From Octopus sinensis (taxonomy: Eukaryota), in contig NW_021832533.1 in the NCBI RefSeq assembly GCF_006345805.1, forward strand, positions 227,663 through 291,662: a stretch of 64,000 nt of DNA, read 5' to 3'. Positions within the stretch are counted from its first letter, which is position 1. Each line of letters starts with the position of its first letter. Of this stretch, positions 34,344 through 46,440 are shown piece by piece. Both the position numbers and the translations under genes were made by a program. The notes beneath the pieces are model-generated. The model was given only the letters and a program-made list of their open reading frames with translations, did not search any database and was not told the DNA's origin.

Positions 34344-36390
34344 TCAGCGCCTCAAAAGAACAATTGCCTCCCAAAGGTTATTCAACAACTCGAGCATATC
34401 CATCATCACATCCATGGAGTCAGTAGAGACCAAACACGACCTACAATCACCTGGCCACACCAACCTCACGACGACTCCCTCCCTCAACCGAACTTCGAAT
34501 GTGAAAGGCCGTGGACAAACCATCCCCGAAATAGGAGAGGGAGGCCCATCCAGACTGTTGAGAAAGTCAATCCTTCGAATTGGAATCTAGAATGGACAAC
34601 ACACACAACCTTGCCAGAACGCTCATCCTCGGGGTAATGCCACATCTTGAGAACTGCCTCACACATGAAACACCAACGTCGATCCCAACTCGAGTTGGAC
34701 TCGCGGAAGGTCTATAAATCACGGCACAACACAACGAGGAAACATCTGAGTACTTTGGACGATATTATCGAACAGTCAAAGTTAAGTCCAATCAATCCAT
34801 TCAACAAACAGGTGGAGGGAAGACGCGGAAGTTGTATAATCCTCCGTCCATTCTCCTCCACGGACAAACTGACGGACCCCAACGACGCGAAGGATTTAGG
34901 CACAAAGCGATTACTCCTCCTCTCTACCATACACACAAGCACACTACTCAACAGGGGAGTCATTTTGGCCACCAAACTGTGCTTTTGTTGGGGGAGGACG
35001 AGGACAAACACTTCCAAGACCAGTTGGAAGTCAACGGGGAGGTTGGACAGTGTGAACTCGTCGGCAAAGAAGATGGAGGAGTGGCCAACAAACTCGGCAG
35101 ACCACCTCATCTCGGTAGCCAGGACTGTGTGGCCATGTTTGAGCAAACACACATAATAGTGCGTTCTGTCGGACAGGGGCTGCTTCAATTGCAGTCGAAT
35201 GTCATTCAGTTTAATAATAAAGCAAAAGGGATTCGACCTGAGAATCCTCCTCTCCAAATGTGTGAGAATTGCCCCCTTTCGATGTACTGGCAATCATCAA
35301 TCTGACATATACTGGCCACCAACAGCAGACGAGAACACTCGGCGTGGATGGACGGGGTGTGGTGCCTTCCACATGTCCCCAATGCCTTGATCACTTGGTT
35401 TATCACTCCCTCCTCTATTTCCAAGGATGCCCGGAGGTGTCCCTCTGTCAAGTCCTTTTCAGAATGGACTGTGTTGTGGACCACCTTCATCACTTGGGAG
35501 TGTTCCAGCATGTCTGAATACATCACAACACTCACCTTTCACTAGTTGGGATGACGATGGGTATATCGACTGATATTTCACTCCATCAGCACACATCACT
35601 ATATCCCGCACTGTCGATGACACCTCCACATATGAATCCTTCAATGCAGACAAGTCACAATTACACTTCTCTCTACACATGTCTACCCATTTGCCCTCCA
35701 TTTCTTCATCAGACTACAATATTCGTATAAATTTACAATATTAGGCGAGTCTTTCACTGGTTGGGGTGACAAGTCTACCGATTGGCTCTCTGTGTCTTCA
35801 TCAGACTACAATATTGGTCTGGATTTACAGTTTGAGGAGAGTCTTTCACTGGCTGGGATGACAAGTCAACCGATGGGCTTTCTGTGTCTTCATCAGACTA
35901 CAATATTTGGCTGGATTTACAGTTTGAGGGGAGTCTTGACAAGGGACATTTGATTGTGGGGGTCTGACTTCAGTTTGGTGGTATTTATCTCCAAGTAACT
36001 CGATTTGTCGCACTATTTCAGCTACGTGACCTTTAATTGGGCCACGTTCTTGCCTCTCTGGGGTAGCATGTTGGACATCTGCTATGTATTGGGGAAATTA
36101 GTACCCAAAGGGGGCTGAAACAGCTGTTCGGTGGGTTTTGGGGGGATTGGAGTGACGAATTTGAAAGGATTGTGAATTTGTTTGGTCTCTTTTCTGGGGC
36201 TGGGGACGTTTTCTTTGTTTTGTGGTGTTTCTGGAACAACAGATGGTTGTCTACAAATGTATTGAGTTATTCACTTTGGGATGTTCATTTCGCTGTCGAA
36301 TAACTGTATTTTGTCTGCCAAATATCTTAATCTTGCACGTCGCTCTGATAAAATGCGCTCATATTTCTGAATGTAGTTACTATCATCCAT
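34344..36390 (-). CDS. ANLN: Anillin-like protein (anillin homology region plus C-terminal PH domain), many mini-introns
   Basis: IKLNDIRLQLK..HYYVCLLKHG..VLATEM..FTLSNLPVDFQLVLEVF; PH-type FEG-LT, WHYPEDE and LVSTDS..LLNNLWEAIVLLRR*. Start position approximate. Confidence 0.75.
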
Positions 36391-36606
36391 CTGTATGAAA
36401 CACCACTAGAAAAATTATATAACTCTAAGTGCCCGCATTTTATTTGAGTTAAAAATAACTTATTAAAAATCAAGATTAAATACACATTTTAATTAAACAA
36501 AAAACTTAATATTCAAACACAAATTCCGTTAAATAAAAAAACACGAAAAACGGATACAACAACCGGCTTAACTAGAGTATAAAAGAGTGTTAATTCTACG
36601 CAATAA

Positions 36607-37079
36607 ATGCTGACTTTCGAGGAGAATGTGAGTGAAGCCTATTTGAGCATCCAATCAAAGCAAGACACAGTGATGTGGTTACACAAATGAGTGACTCCAA
36701 GGGCCACGTTCTGTTACTACTCCGACAACCGAATTGGGGTGTCCAAGACAGGCGTGGACTACCAGGACTTTGTGGACGACTTTGATGGTCCCCCACTCAC
36801 TCATTCACAGACCACAAACGCATGTACGGATTCGTCAAGATCTTCACTGGGGACCAATTCACTGTCCGCACTAAGTTTGCCTTCGTCACGTGGATTGGCG
36901 ATGAGGTCCCTCCTCTCAAAAAAGCACGTGTTTCGGTCGATAAGGGCAGAGTGGCCAAGTTATTCCCGGTATATTGGCCTTGTAGGGATTTTTAGAATTG
37001 TTCTATTTCCTTCACCACCAACGACCGAGACGATCTTCAAAAGTCCAGTCTCGATGAAATGGTTTCCCGGAGAATCTAA
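36607..37079 (+). CDS. COTL1: Coactosin-like protein (ADF-H domain)
   Basis: Removing 24, 23 and 27 nt introns gives MLTFEENVSEAY...WATFCY...RMYGFVKIFTGDQFTVRTKFAFVTWIGDEVPPLKKARVSVDK...RRI*. Confidence 0.88.
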
Positions 37080-37163
37080 ACTAATAATAATAAGATTATT
37101 TAATTAAGTACAATATTAATAATATTAATTTATTTTATTATAAACGTTAATTCTTGTGTGACC

Positions 37164-37607
37164 ATGTTGTGCTTGTTTGTTAATAATGTTAAGGAATCAA
37201 ACAATTCCCCTCAAAGACAGACCCCGTTCAATGCTCACCGAGGATGAGATTGCAGAGTTGGAAAAACAGGAGTTTGAAGTCGGTCCCTTAAGCCTTCTGA
37301 CCCAAGCGGTTCGTCAGAATAAGCAAGTGCTGATAAGCTGCCGAAACAACAAGAAACTATTAGCCCGAGTGAAGGCCTTTGATCGGTCTCCATTAAATAT
37401 GAGTGTTATAGACATTGTAACATGGTCCTCGAAAACGTGAGGGAAATGTGGACGGAAGTGCCCAAGTCTGAGAAGGGACAAAAGTCCAGGCCTGTCAACA
37501 AAGACCGGTGTTATTGCCCGTCCTTAGTTTATAGTTATATTTCCAAAATGTTCCTCAGAGGGGACACCGTCATTGTCGTCCTCAGCAATCCTGGGGCTTC
37601 TCTTTAA
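37164..37607 (+). CDS. SNRPD2: Small nuclear ribonucleoprotein Sm D2
   Basis: Removing 25, 26 and 27 nt introns gives [79 protein letters not shown]. Confidence 0.96.
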
Positions 37608-39435
37608 TGTTCGTTTTACTTTTTGATTAGAACGATTTCTTTTTTATTTTTTAAAGACAGGTGTAGTAGTAGACAAGTCAAGCGATATCTTTTAGAATGT
37701 AAAAACTACTCCTTTTTTGTGTCATCCCCTAATGTCAAAACAATATTTCTATCTACACTGTATATTTGCAGGGAAGTCGTATTTGCGGAGTTTCTCGACT
37801 TTCTGTAGTTTAAAAGTTTATAGAGACAATCTTCTTTTGATAAGTGTTATTCTGACAGGTTTAGGTGGAATATATTGTTTAGTAAGGTTTGGATAGAACA
37901 CATTGGTAAGAACTAGGATAAATTGACTACGACAACTTATGTTAGTCTGTGGTTATCAAAAATATGCCTAGAATACCGAGAATATCTAGAAAAATATGAA
38001 CAAATTATTCCTTGTTATAGAATGGTTTTAATTTAGTTGTCGATCTAAGAATTTTAATAAATTTATTTTGAGATTTTACTCATTTAAATGTGAAGTATTG
38101 AAAGCGTTAAAAAGATGAGTTATTAAAATTCTAATAATTAATTCTGTTTCAATGCAAAGGCGACTTTAGTTAAAAATCAAATGTAGATTCTGCATAAATA
38201 TTTACTTGATTTTTTACTTGATCAATCATAATTATTAAAAATGAGTGAAATACATATTTTTAATCTTCCCAATATGATTATTATTTTATTAGGTTCGCCC
38301 TCTTATCGGCCAAAAAAATAAAAACTGTTTTTCACATGTGAATAAAATATATAGGTTTCAATAATAATCATGTATTTGTATGATTAATCAATGCCGCTGA
38401 ATTATATTTTCTAATAAAAAATTATTGTTTTAAAGCACCTGGGTCTAAATGAAAACCCTCTTTTGAAAAATACAAAATTACAAATTATAAAAATCTACTA
38501 AAAGATGGATTTCTTCAATAAGTATGGTCACAAAACCAATTTGGGCGCTATTTGACATTATTAAGAAATTCTCTTTGATTATAACTCCACCGTAGCGGCG
38601 GACAAAATGATCAAAAACGAAAGTGGAAATATGACTAAGATCCAATAATTGGAAAAATCGTGTAATTATAAAAACTGATTTAGTCGCAAATCAAACAAAA
38701 CTGCCTCTTTATGATGGGCTAAATGCTACACTGTATTATGTCGCTTCAATCTATAATAATGCCCGTATTATTCCATGGTGGCTACATATCACCTATCAAT
38801 CTATTATAATGCCTGTCTAGTGACTGTAAAAATTAATTGCATTGGATTCTAATCAATAACCGTTTCAACAATAAAAAATTTATTAGAATTAAGCGTCTAT
38901 GTTTTTTTAGAATATAAAATAAATCAGTAGTTGATTGTATGACAAAATTTGATTAATTTCAGCTGTTTCTCCATATGGAGATTCAAATCTGTTTAGCTAC
39001 GGTGAAGGATTTGTCACATAATCTTTTAAAAGCGAACCTATCAATTATTCACTAAACATACTTCATTTCCAATTGAAAAAATTTTTTTTTGAAAAATTGT
39101 ATTTCGATTGATGAACATTCATCTTTTTATTCATCCGTTTAAAATACGATAAATTTAAATTCTGTGGAAAAAAATTTAATACAAAATCAGTATCATCTAT
39201 GTTTTTGAGCATACTTTATACAAAATTTACATAAAACATCTGAAATATTTTCTACATTCAAATGGTGGATAGAAATCATCCAAACCCCCACTTTCCTTAA
39301 AATTTAAAAAAATTGAAAAACTTTTATATTCATGAATGACTGTGTTTATGCCAGAAACTCCTCTTAGTTTTTCAAATGGTGTTTGGTTAATTAAAGAATG
39401 AATAGTTGTGTTAGATCCAGTGGTTCTTTTCTATT

Positions 39436-40522
39436 TCATGAATCACGAAAATAGGCACATTGCACGATTGCGTCTAAAAATTCGTCGAATGCGTTGTCCA
39501 AATGGCTCACTTGCCTTCTCCATAAAAATTCTACAAATTAAATCTGAATATTTAATACCTGCAAAGTATTCACCCATATAGTGGCGTGCGGTTCCTCTTT
39601 GTCTCTTATTGCGCCATTTTGCGTTCCTCCACATTCTATATTTTTGTATATAATTTTTGCTACACGAACCTCTCAACAGTCTGGGTATGTGCACGGTCTC
39701 CGGGTCTACAAAATTTCGTCTGCAAATTATAAATGAATTATAATAAACTTGTGATTTACTGTAAGATGCACATATCCAAGAGCAGTTAGATCTGGGGTTG
39801 AATAACCTATTAACAAGAATAAAGTAATTACAATTACCCTTCCATTTGTCAGAGTGTATCACTGAACCCGGTGCGATATTTCGCTGTATCGCTGCGGTTA
39901 ACGTTCTTTTGGAGCGATCTGGTACCATCTCCAGGAAACAGTCTTTTGTTCCACGACAGATTCCCCCAAACACCCATTGTTGAGGGAGAATCCGTCCCGC
40001 ATTATTTTTTCTTTTCGAAAACATACTTTCGTCAACTTCTACGACATTTTCAATTCCACCTATGCAATCTAATAATGTAATATAACAATCAGTTTGTTCG
40101 GACAATTTGCTAAATATGCAGCACATACTTCCCGCAGCGAGTGAGACCAATTACATATCGTTTGGCCACTCCATTCCAGTTGACGCCTACACCATAAAAT
40201 GGTGTGTCTGTCGAAGCTCCACATATAAATAAAACGAATACAAGATTCTAAGGACACTGTCGTGCCTTCGAGCCACGTACCTAAAAATAAAGTACTCTCT
40301 TATTACACCGTTTCGGACAGAACTTGAAATTCGACACTCGCTTTTATCGCACACCCAAGTTGTACCATCTCGCTCTAAGATCATCGGATGTCTTTTGGCG
40401 CATTTCTTTTCGGTTGGAATGATTCCAACCTCCTGAAGGAAGGCTACGGACTCCATCTCAGAGCGAGGGAGTTCGAAGTCCTTCAATTTTGCGTATTTTC
40501 TCATCCCAACGTGACCGTCCAT
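39436..40522 (-). pseudogene. Merlin DDE transposase with 5-6 mini-introns and one frameshift
   Basis: Spliced product: SVRNG|TWLEG..WSHSLREVC..IGG..VEVDESMF..WVFGG..IHSDKWKG|YS..HLTVNHK|RNFVDPET(G)AHTQTVER|MW..YFAE|FLWRR. Confidence 0.88.
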
Positions 40523-40648
40523 CCACACAACCGATTAAAAAATTCAAAATTTTATTTAAAAAAATCTATAATAATATTTACAAAATCGGCATAGTTCATT
40601 TTTTTAGTTTTTCCTCTAATATTTAAATAAATTTTCATTAATTAATTT

Positions 40649-41083
40649 GGCCCTCTTGGCTGAAGAGTATGCCCTGGATACTGGAATTCAGCCGTCGTGG
40701 GTTCGAATCCAGAAGAGGCTACTTTGGAGTCGGGGTTAATCTCGTCGAAGTTCCTTTGCCCGTGAGGTGACGAGTACATCTGGCACGACACAGTATGTCA
40801 AAAAGGGATCTCCTTCCTATCCGGCCTTAGAAAGGCGTTACGTGGTCCACCAAATTCACTTGGAGATTTCGACTGGATTTGGAAACGCCGAGGGGGCACC
40901 TAATGCTCACCGAAAAAGGACCAATAGCTCTCCTACCCCTGGGACATCGTCGTCGCAGGACGATGCACTTTGCATAGGATTGAACCTTCCGGAGGATCTC
41001 CGTCGAAGTGCGTCGGGATCACATGCTAATTAGTTCGGTCTTAACTGTGGTCTTGGTGTTTAATAAATAAATAAATAAATAAA
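40649..41083 (+). mobile_element. tRNA-derived SINE with Vingi-like body and (TAAA)n tail
   Basis: tRNA-like head with A box (TGGCTGAAGAG) and B box (GGTTCGAATCC). 40834-40945 resembles the 5' end, and 41005-41060 the 3' end, of the LINE at 50531-53382. Confidence 0.85.
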
Positions 41084-43893
41084 GTGCCTATTTTCGTGAT
41101 TCATTAAATAGAAAAGTACCGATCAAGTTTGTGGCTGAATCTTCACTCATGAGCTTTGAAAAATTTCGTATCAAAGTTAAAGTCTTGGAATTCGTGTCGA
41201 TGTCTTCTGGGAATCGTTCATTTGGTCTTTTGGCAATCACATGAATCACGATTTTTATATAGATCTAATTTTCTAAAAAAATGTTTCTGATATGCTTTTC
41301 GCGCCTCATCATTTGGAAACCTTTGTTAATAAAAAATGGCTGATAGTCAATAATTTTTTTAATTTAAAATTAGGTTATTGTCTGTATGTTATAATCAAGT
41401 TTTTAACTTCACGATTTTCATCTAACCAGCAATCGAAAAAATTAGGCAATATTGTCCTGCAACTCATTATCCTCTTAGCAAAATCACTCCGAATTTGCAT
41501 TACTGTTTCGACCACGAAAGGATGTGCTATCAAGATAGTTGAAATATTTACTGACCAAAGTCTTTCATCATTTGGATATATTCATAAAATTTTTCTTCAA
41601 ACTCAGCGATAATATTTGAAATTTCGTCAAGGAAAAAGAAAGCTTTTTTTGCTGTTTGGCGAATATGGTCGCGATAGTCCTGCAAATTAGTTTAGTAATT
41701 TTACTTGTTTTCCAACTTTCTGTGCATATACTATTTTGCCGATGTTTAAATATATTTTTTTGACTTGATTCCTGCGGATTCGTTCATTTAAAGAATGCTC
41801 AACTCTCTTAAAAATGATTAAAACCTACAAACTTTATCCAAAATTGGTTCATCAGTGAATTCTGAATTGTATTCAAAACTTTGATCATTTGAATGAATTT
41901 GATATTGCTATTCAAATTAAATAAATTCAAAATAATTTTTACATTGGGAGGAGAACTCAACATTGGCAGAGTAATACTTCTATTCGCATTGATTTGTTTA
42001 TTCTATTTTAATTAATATAATTAAGGACTCTTGAATGAATAGTTGGAAATGATTTAATCATCTGACAAAATTCAAAATAATGAAGTTGATCTGAATTGGG
42101 ATTCAAATTAACTTGATTATTCTATTTAAATTAATATAGTTAAAAACTGTGGAAAATATATTTCGCCTTGGTTCATTCTTCTGAACAAATTCTAATCCAT
42201 AGAATGAATCTAAATTGGTATCTAAATTAATTTGATTATTCTATTAAAATTAATATAATTAAGGACTCTTGAATGAATATTTCTTCTTGATTTATTCATC
42301 TGAGCATATTCCAAATCAAGAGGTTGATCGAAATTAGGATCAAAATCATTTTGGTTATTCTATTGAAATTTAAGCTAATCAAATAATCACTACATTGTAA
42401 GAATTGTAAAAATTTTGGTTATTCATGTCATAATAATATTCTCCAAAAGGTTCATCAAAATATTGATTTTTATTCATTTCATCAAACTATAATTACATAT
42501 GAAATAATCATGCCGTAGAACGCTCATCAAAAATTCGTCCATGTTGATTTCCATAATATGATAATGGTCCATCAATAGACTTCATTCGGATCTTATAATT
42601 CTGATATTCTTGATAAAACTGGTTATTCTATTTAAATTTAAGAGAGTCATAAGTAATTAATACCCCTGGAACAAAATTTTCTATCCAGGTGTCGCTTGAA
42701 GTTTCCATTTCAACATATTCATTGTTTTTGGCGTCTATAAAATTAATATTTTAATAATAAGTTTGAACGAATTATATTCATTCTCGACTTAATTTTCGGC
42801 GCTGGTTTATATTGTTATATGAAATAAATATATTGATAATAACGATCAGGAAATGATTTGCTAGCTTAAATACGATATTATAATTACAATATTAAATATT
42901 CTTGGTAAATAATAATTACTAGACCCCTCAAAAATTATCACACAGAATTATCGATTATAAAATAATTTTGTTTTAAAGTATGTTTTATTCATTAATTGGA
43001 CGCTGTATCCCGGCCCATGAATCTTGCAAGAAGAAGCGGATTGAAAACAAAGAGGAGGAAGCTGGAACCAAAATTATCATAAGATATTTCTCTATTTTAA
43101 TTATTTTACCAATTTTGATGAAATGCAATAATATTATGCATTGATTCACGATCTATATACGACTGTAAAAAAATATAAGTTATAATTTAATAGACAATCT
43201 ATAATTACACTCTTTAAACATTAATAATCTGCTTAAAACTTTACAGAATTGATCTAATAGACAATCAAATATAAAATTAAATTGTTTGAATAACAAATTT
43301 CTTTAATATTTTATTATTTTTAAAACAGATTCTGACGGTTGTGTAAATCAAGATAGTAATTGTAGAAATTAATAATTAAAATATTAATCAATATCATACT
43401 GATTTCTGAAGAAATAAACAATTGTCTGCTATAGTTAGAATTAAACAAACATATTTCCAGAATGATTTACACAATATTTATTATTCCATTCAATCAATTT
43501 ATTATTTGAGTTTCACTTTATATGATTGTATATAATTTAGTTAAACATTCTGATTTTGGCCCAAATCGATCGGGAGAATGCTATTTAAATCTTATGTCAC
43601 TTTTTTGTAAAGTTCGTATTTTTATATTCATTACACATATTGACAGCCTAAATGCGGATTTTATTCAAATTAATAACTAGTCAATCATTTCCGATGTATT
43701 AATTTATATTAACCCAAAAAATAGTCGACAGCCTAAATTAATCCCTACTTATATTACGAGATGTACAAATTCGTTTTATTGTATAGATAGGTATAACGAA
43801 ATATTTCGAATTTATCTAAACCAATAATAATTTTAAACTTTGACATTAATGCTGGTTGATTTTTTTAAAAACGGGAAGTCATTTATTATAAAT

Positions 43894-46440
43894 ACAATCG
43901 AACCCTGCCGCAACAAAAACCTTGGGGCTCTTTCGCTTTTTCGCTTTTTGGACGGTTTTATTTTCAGTACATTTTTCATCAAAATTTGAAAATTATCAAA
44001 ACCCCACTATGGGCACTTTACTATTTTTTTTTCTTTTCTGAATAATATTATGTCGCGACCCACGCTGGCGACCATCCCACGCTGGCGACCAGAGCGACCT
44101 TCATTGTTGACAAGATTGACAGGGCGACCTACATAGTTTGACACTAATTACTGACTAAAGATAATTGCTAAAAAATCAAAAAAACTTAACATTTTTTATC
44201 TCTATTCATAGTAACTATTTCGTAATTCGAACTAAATTTTGTTAGGAAAAACAACTAACCATTAATCTGTGTTTAGACATTATATTTTTTACTTTTCCCT
44301 TTTCTTCATATGGGGATTCAAATCTGTGTAGCTTTAATGACGGATTCGTCCCACAATCTTTTATTATTCGTTTCTAAAAATAAATACATCGTAAATTTAC
44401 CATTAAGTTCATCTTCGACAAACGATACCTCGTTATTTTCATCTAAATTATAAATAAGATTATAACCTGGTATTTCATGAATCACAGTGTTAATTCCAGA
44501 AATACCCCTAAACTTTTGAAGGGGGTCTAATTGATCGCCGAGTGGTGTGTCGTATTATAGGAAAAAGTTACTTTGTCTAAAAATTGTTTCCAATTTTTAC
44601 GTATTTTTTTATGTAGAGAAATTGTACAATAAGACCGGTTTCAGTAGCATGTTGTATAATTTGATTTTTAAAGAGGTCGAAATTTGTTCGTAATATGTCC
44701 GCCGTATTGTTTCCAATTTTTAGTTCCTTCTTTATCCATAAGTTTTGCCATAGCACGTGTCAATATTTAGTTAAAGCGCTCAATTACACCCTAATTTATT
44801 TCAAATTTATTCCTCGCATAGTTGAGCCATAAGTTGGTTTTTGAATTCCAACCTGTTGTCCGTTTGCAAGATCTGACAATATCCAATTTGATAAAACAAT
44901 TTTTGGAATTTATTCACCACTTCTTCAATTAAATTTCAAGTCTTACCAGTAGCAGTTTTATTTTTTAAAGATTTGCAGACAACAAATTTGCTGTAGATGT
45001 CAATAATTGTCAGTATCCAATTAGATCCATCGTTAAACTCTTGATATCTTCTAACATCAATAAGACCCGCCTGGAATCTTTCGTTGGGTTTTCCTGCAGT
45101 TACATGGTAATTAGAATCCGACACCTAGGTATATTTTTTTTAAATACTTTCAATGGTAGGGCAAATTTACAAATTTCACAGTCTTTTATAATTTGTTCGA
45201 TGATTGGACGTTTTACAGTGAAATAGAATTCACTGCACTTTTTCTGAAGCTTTCGTATTCCCCAGTGGGATTCTTGGTGAATGGCGAATGCTAGTGTCCT
45301 CATCTCCATTTCATTGTCCAGACAAATGACCAAATTGTGTTTTTGGTTATTCTCGTCCTTTAGATAAAGACTATGAGTTAGGAGTCGCAAATATACCGAT
45401 CATTAATAATGATAAATTGAGTCGCTTTTTTCATGCTAACATCTTTTGAGAGAAACCATATTTTTTTTGTAAAATGACGCTAAACCATTTCTTAAAATGA
45501 ATTTTTTCCGGTTTAAATCACCTGTCAAACTGAAGGTCATGACCTGTCAAACTGATGGTCGCCAGCGTGGGATGGTCGCCAGCGTGGGTCGCGACATATT
45601 ATTTTTGAACACTTGATACTTATCTTTGTGTAATGCATTCCAAGATTTCTATTGAAACAAATTAAAATTGCAAAGTGTCTACAAACTTCATCTGAAAGAG
45701 AAGTTGTAAAAAAATTCAAGATAAGCAAAGGCACTATTTGCCGAATAAAAAAAAACATTTCTTCTTTTATTAATACAGGATCAGTCATTTCAAGATTAGT
45801 TCAAATAGATGAAGTCAACAAGTTTCTCTCACAAGATAGAAAAATACTTTTAATGATGGATAATGCTACATGCCATTCTTTATTGGAATACTCAAATGTT
45901 AAATTGTTTTTTCTTCCGAAAAACACAACATCTTCGATTCAACTTCTAGACATGGGTATAATAAAATGTTTTAAAGTGTATTACACAAACTTCCCAACTG
46001 AATTTATGTTCAATTTGAAAGAAGATACAACAATTAATCCTAAATCTTTTAAAAATATAGATATGCCACAGATTATGGTACTTATTAGAAAAACATGGAT
46101 GGAAGTCAAAGAAACAACAATAATTAATTGTTGGAAGAAAATTGAAGAAAGTAGAGAAGAAAAAATTGCGGAGAAGAAGTCCTGGAAGAAATAATAACTG
46201 AAGTAATATTTGAAGAAAACCAAAATCTAGTCAACAGTCGCGAATTTTATAATGGAATTGGGACAGAGGACAAAACAACAATATTAGAAACGTATGAAAT
46301 GATGGATAAGTTGGAAAATGTAGCGCAAAACACATTTTTGAGACACTCCAAAAATATTATGAGTTTAGATTTCAACTTGGAAAGGATATAAGAAAAATTT
46401 GAAATTGACTGGTTATTTCAAAAAATGTTTTAAAAAGAAT
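43894..46440 (+). mobile_element. pogo/Tigger-like element, deleted and interrupted by Ginger2
   Basis: ORF 45652..46194 has an HTH fused to RKILLMMDNATCH..LPKNTTSSIQLLDMGII..TIINCW. Left terminus TA|CAATCGAACCC. Right TIR not found. Confidence 0.7.
44051..45596 (-). mobile_element. Ginger2/TDD-type DNA transposon with retroviral-like integrase, degenerate
   Basis: 41-bp TIR TGTCGCGACCCACGCTGGCGACCATCCCACGCTGGCGACCA, TGT..ACA ends, 5-bp TSD TATTA. H-x3-H..CEIC zinc finger and KPNERFQ..WILTIIDIYSKF core. Confidence 0.88.

Larger units (their letters stand above)
39422..41120 (-). mobile_element. Merlin (IS1016/ISXO2-like) DNA transposon
   Basis: ~37-bp TIRs GGT(T/A)CTTTTCTATTT(C/A)ATGAATCACGAAAATAGGCAC and 8-bp TSD GATCCAGT/GATCAAGT. 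Confidence 0.92.
38850..42850 (-). mobile_element. Degenerate Ginger-like integrase element split by the Merlin insertion; ends uncertain
   Basis: VIAKRPNERF (~41220), TLIRNFSKLM (~41160), NTTIHSLINQTPFE (~39390) and KDYVTNPS..RFESPY (~38990, homologous to 44305-44360 and 62240-62300). Confidence 0.55.

Noticed and set aside
34647-35545. Plus-strand ORFs over anillin (similarly over COX4, cadherin and the LINEs)
   Set aside because: Antisense shadows of recognisable minus-strand genes.
40649-40722. Functional tRNA gene
   Set aside because: Cloverleaf is imperfect and continues into a LINE-related body and (TAAA)n tail, so it is a SINE head.
39422-41120. Bacterial IS1595/IS1016 contamination or recent horizontal transfer
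   Set aside because: The transposase carries spliceosomal-type introns and the element hosts a SINE.
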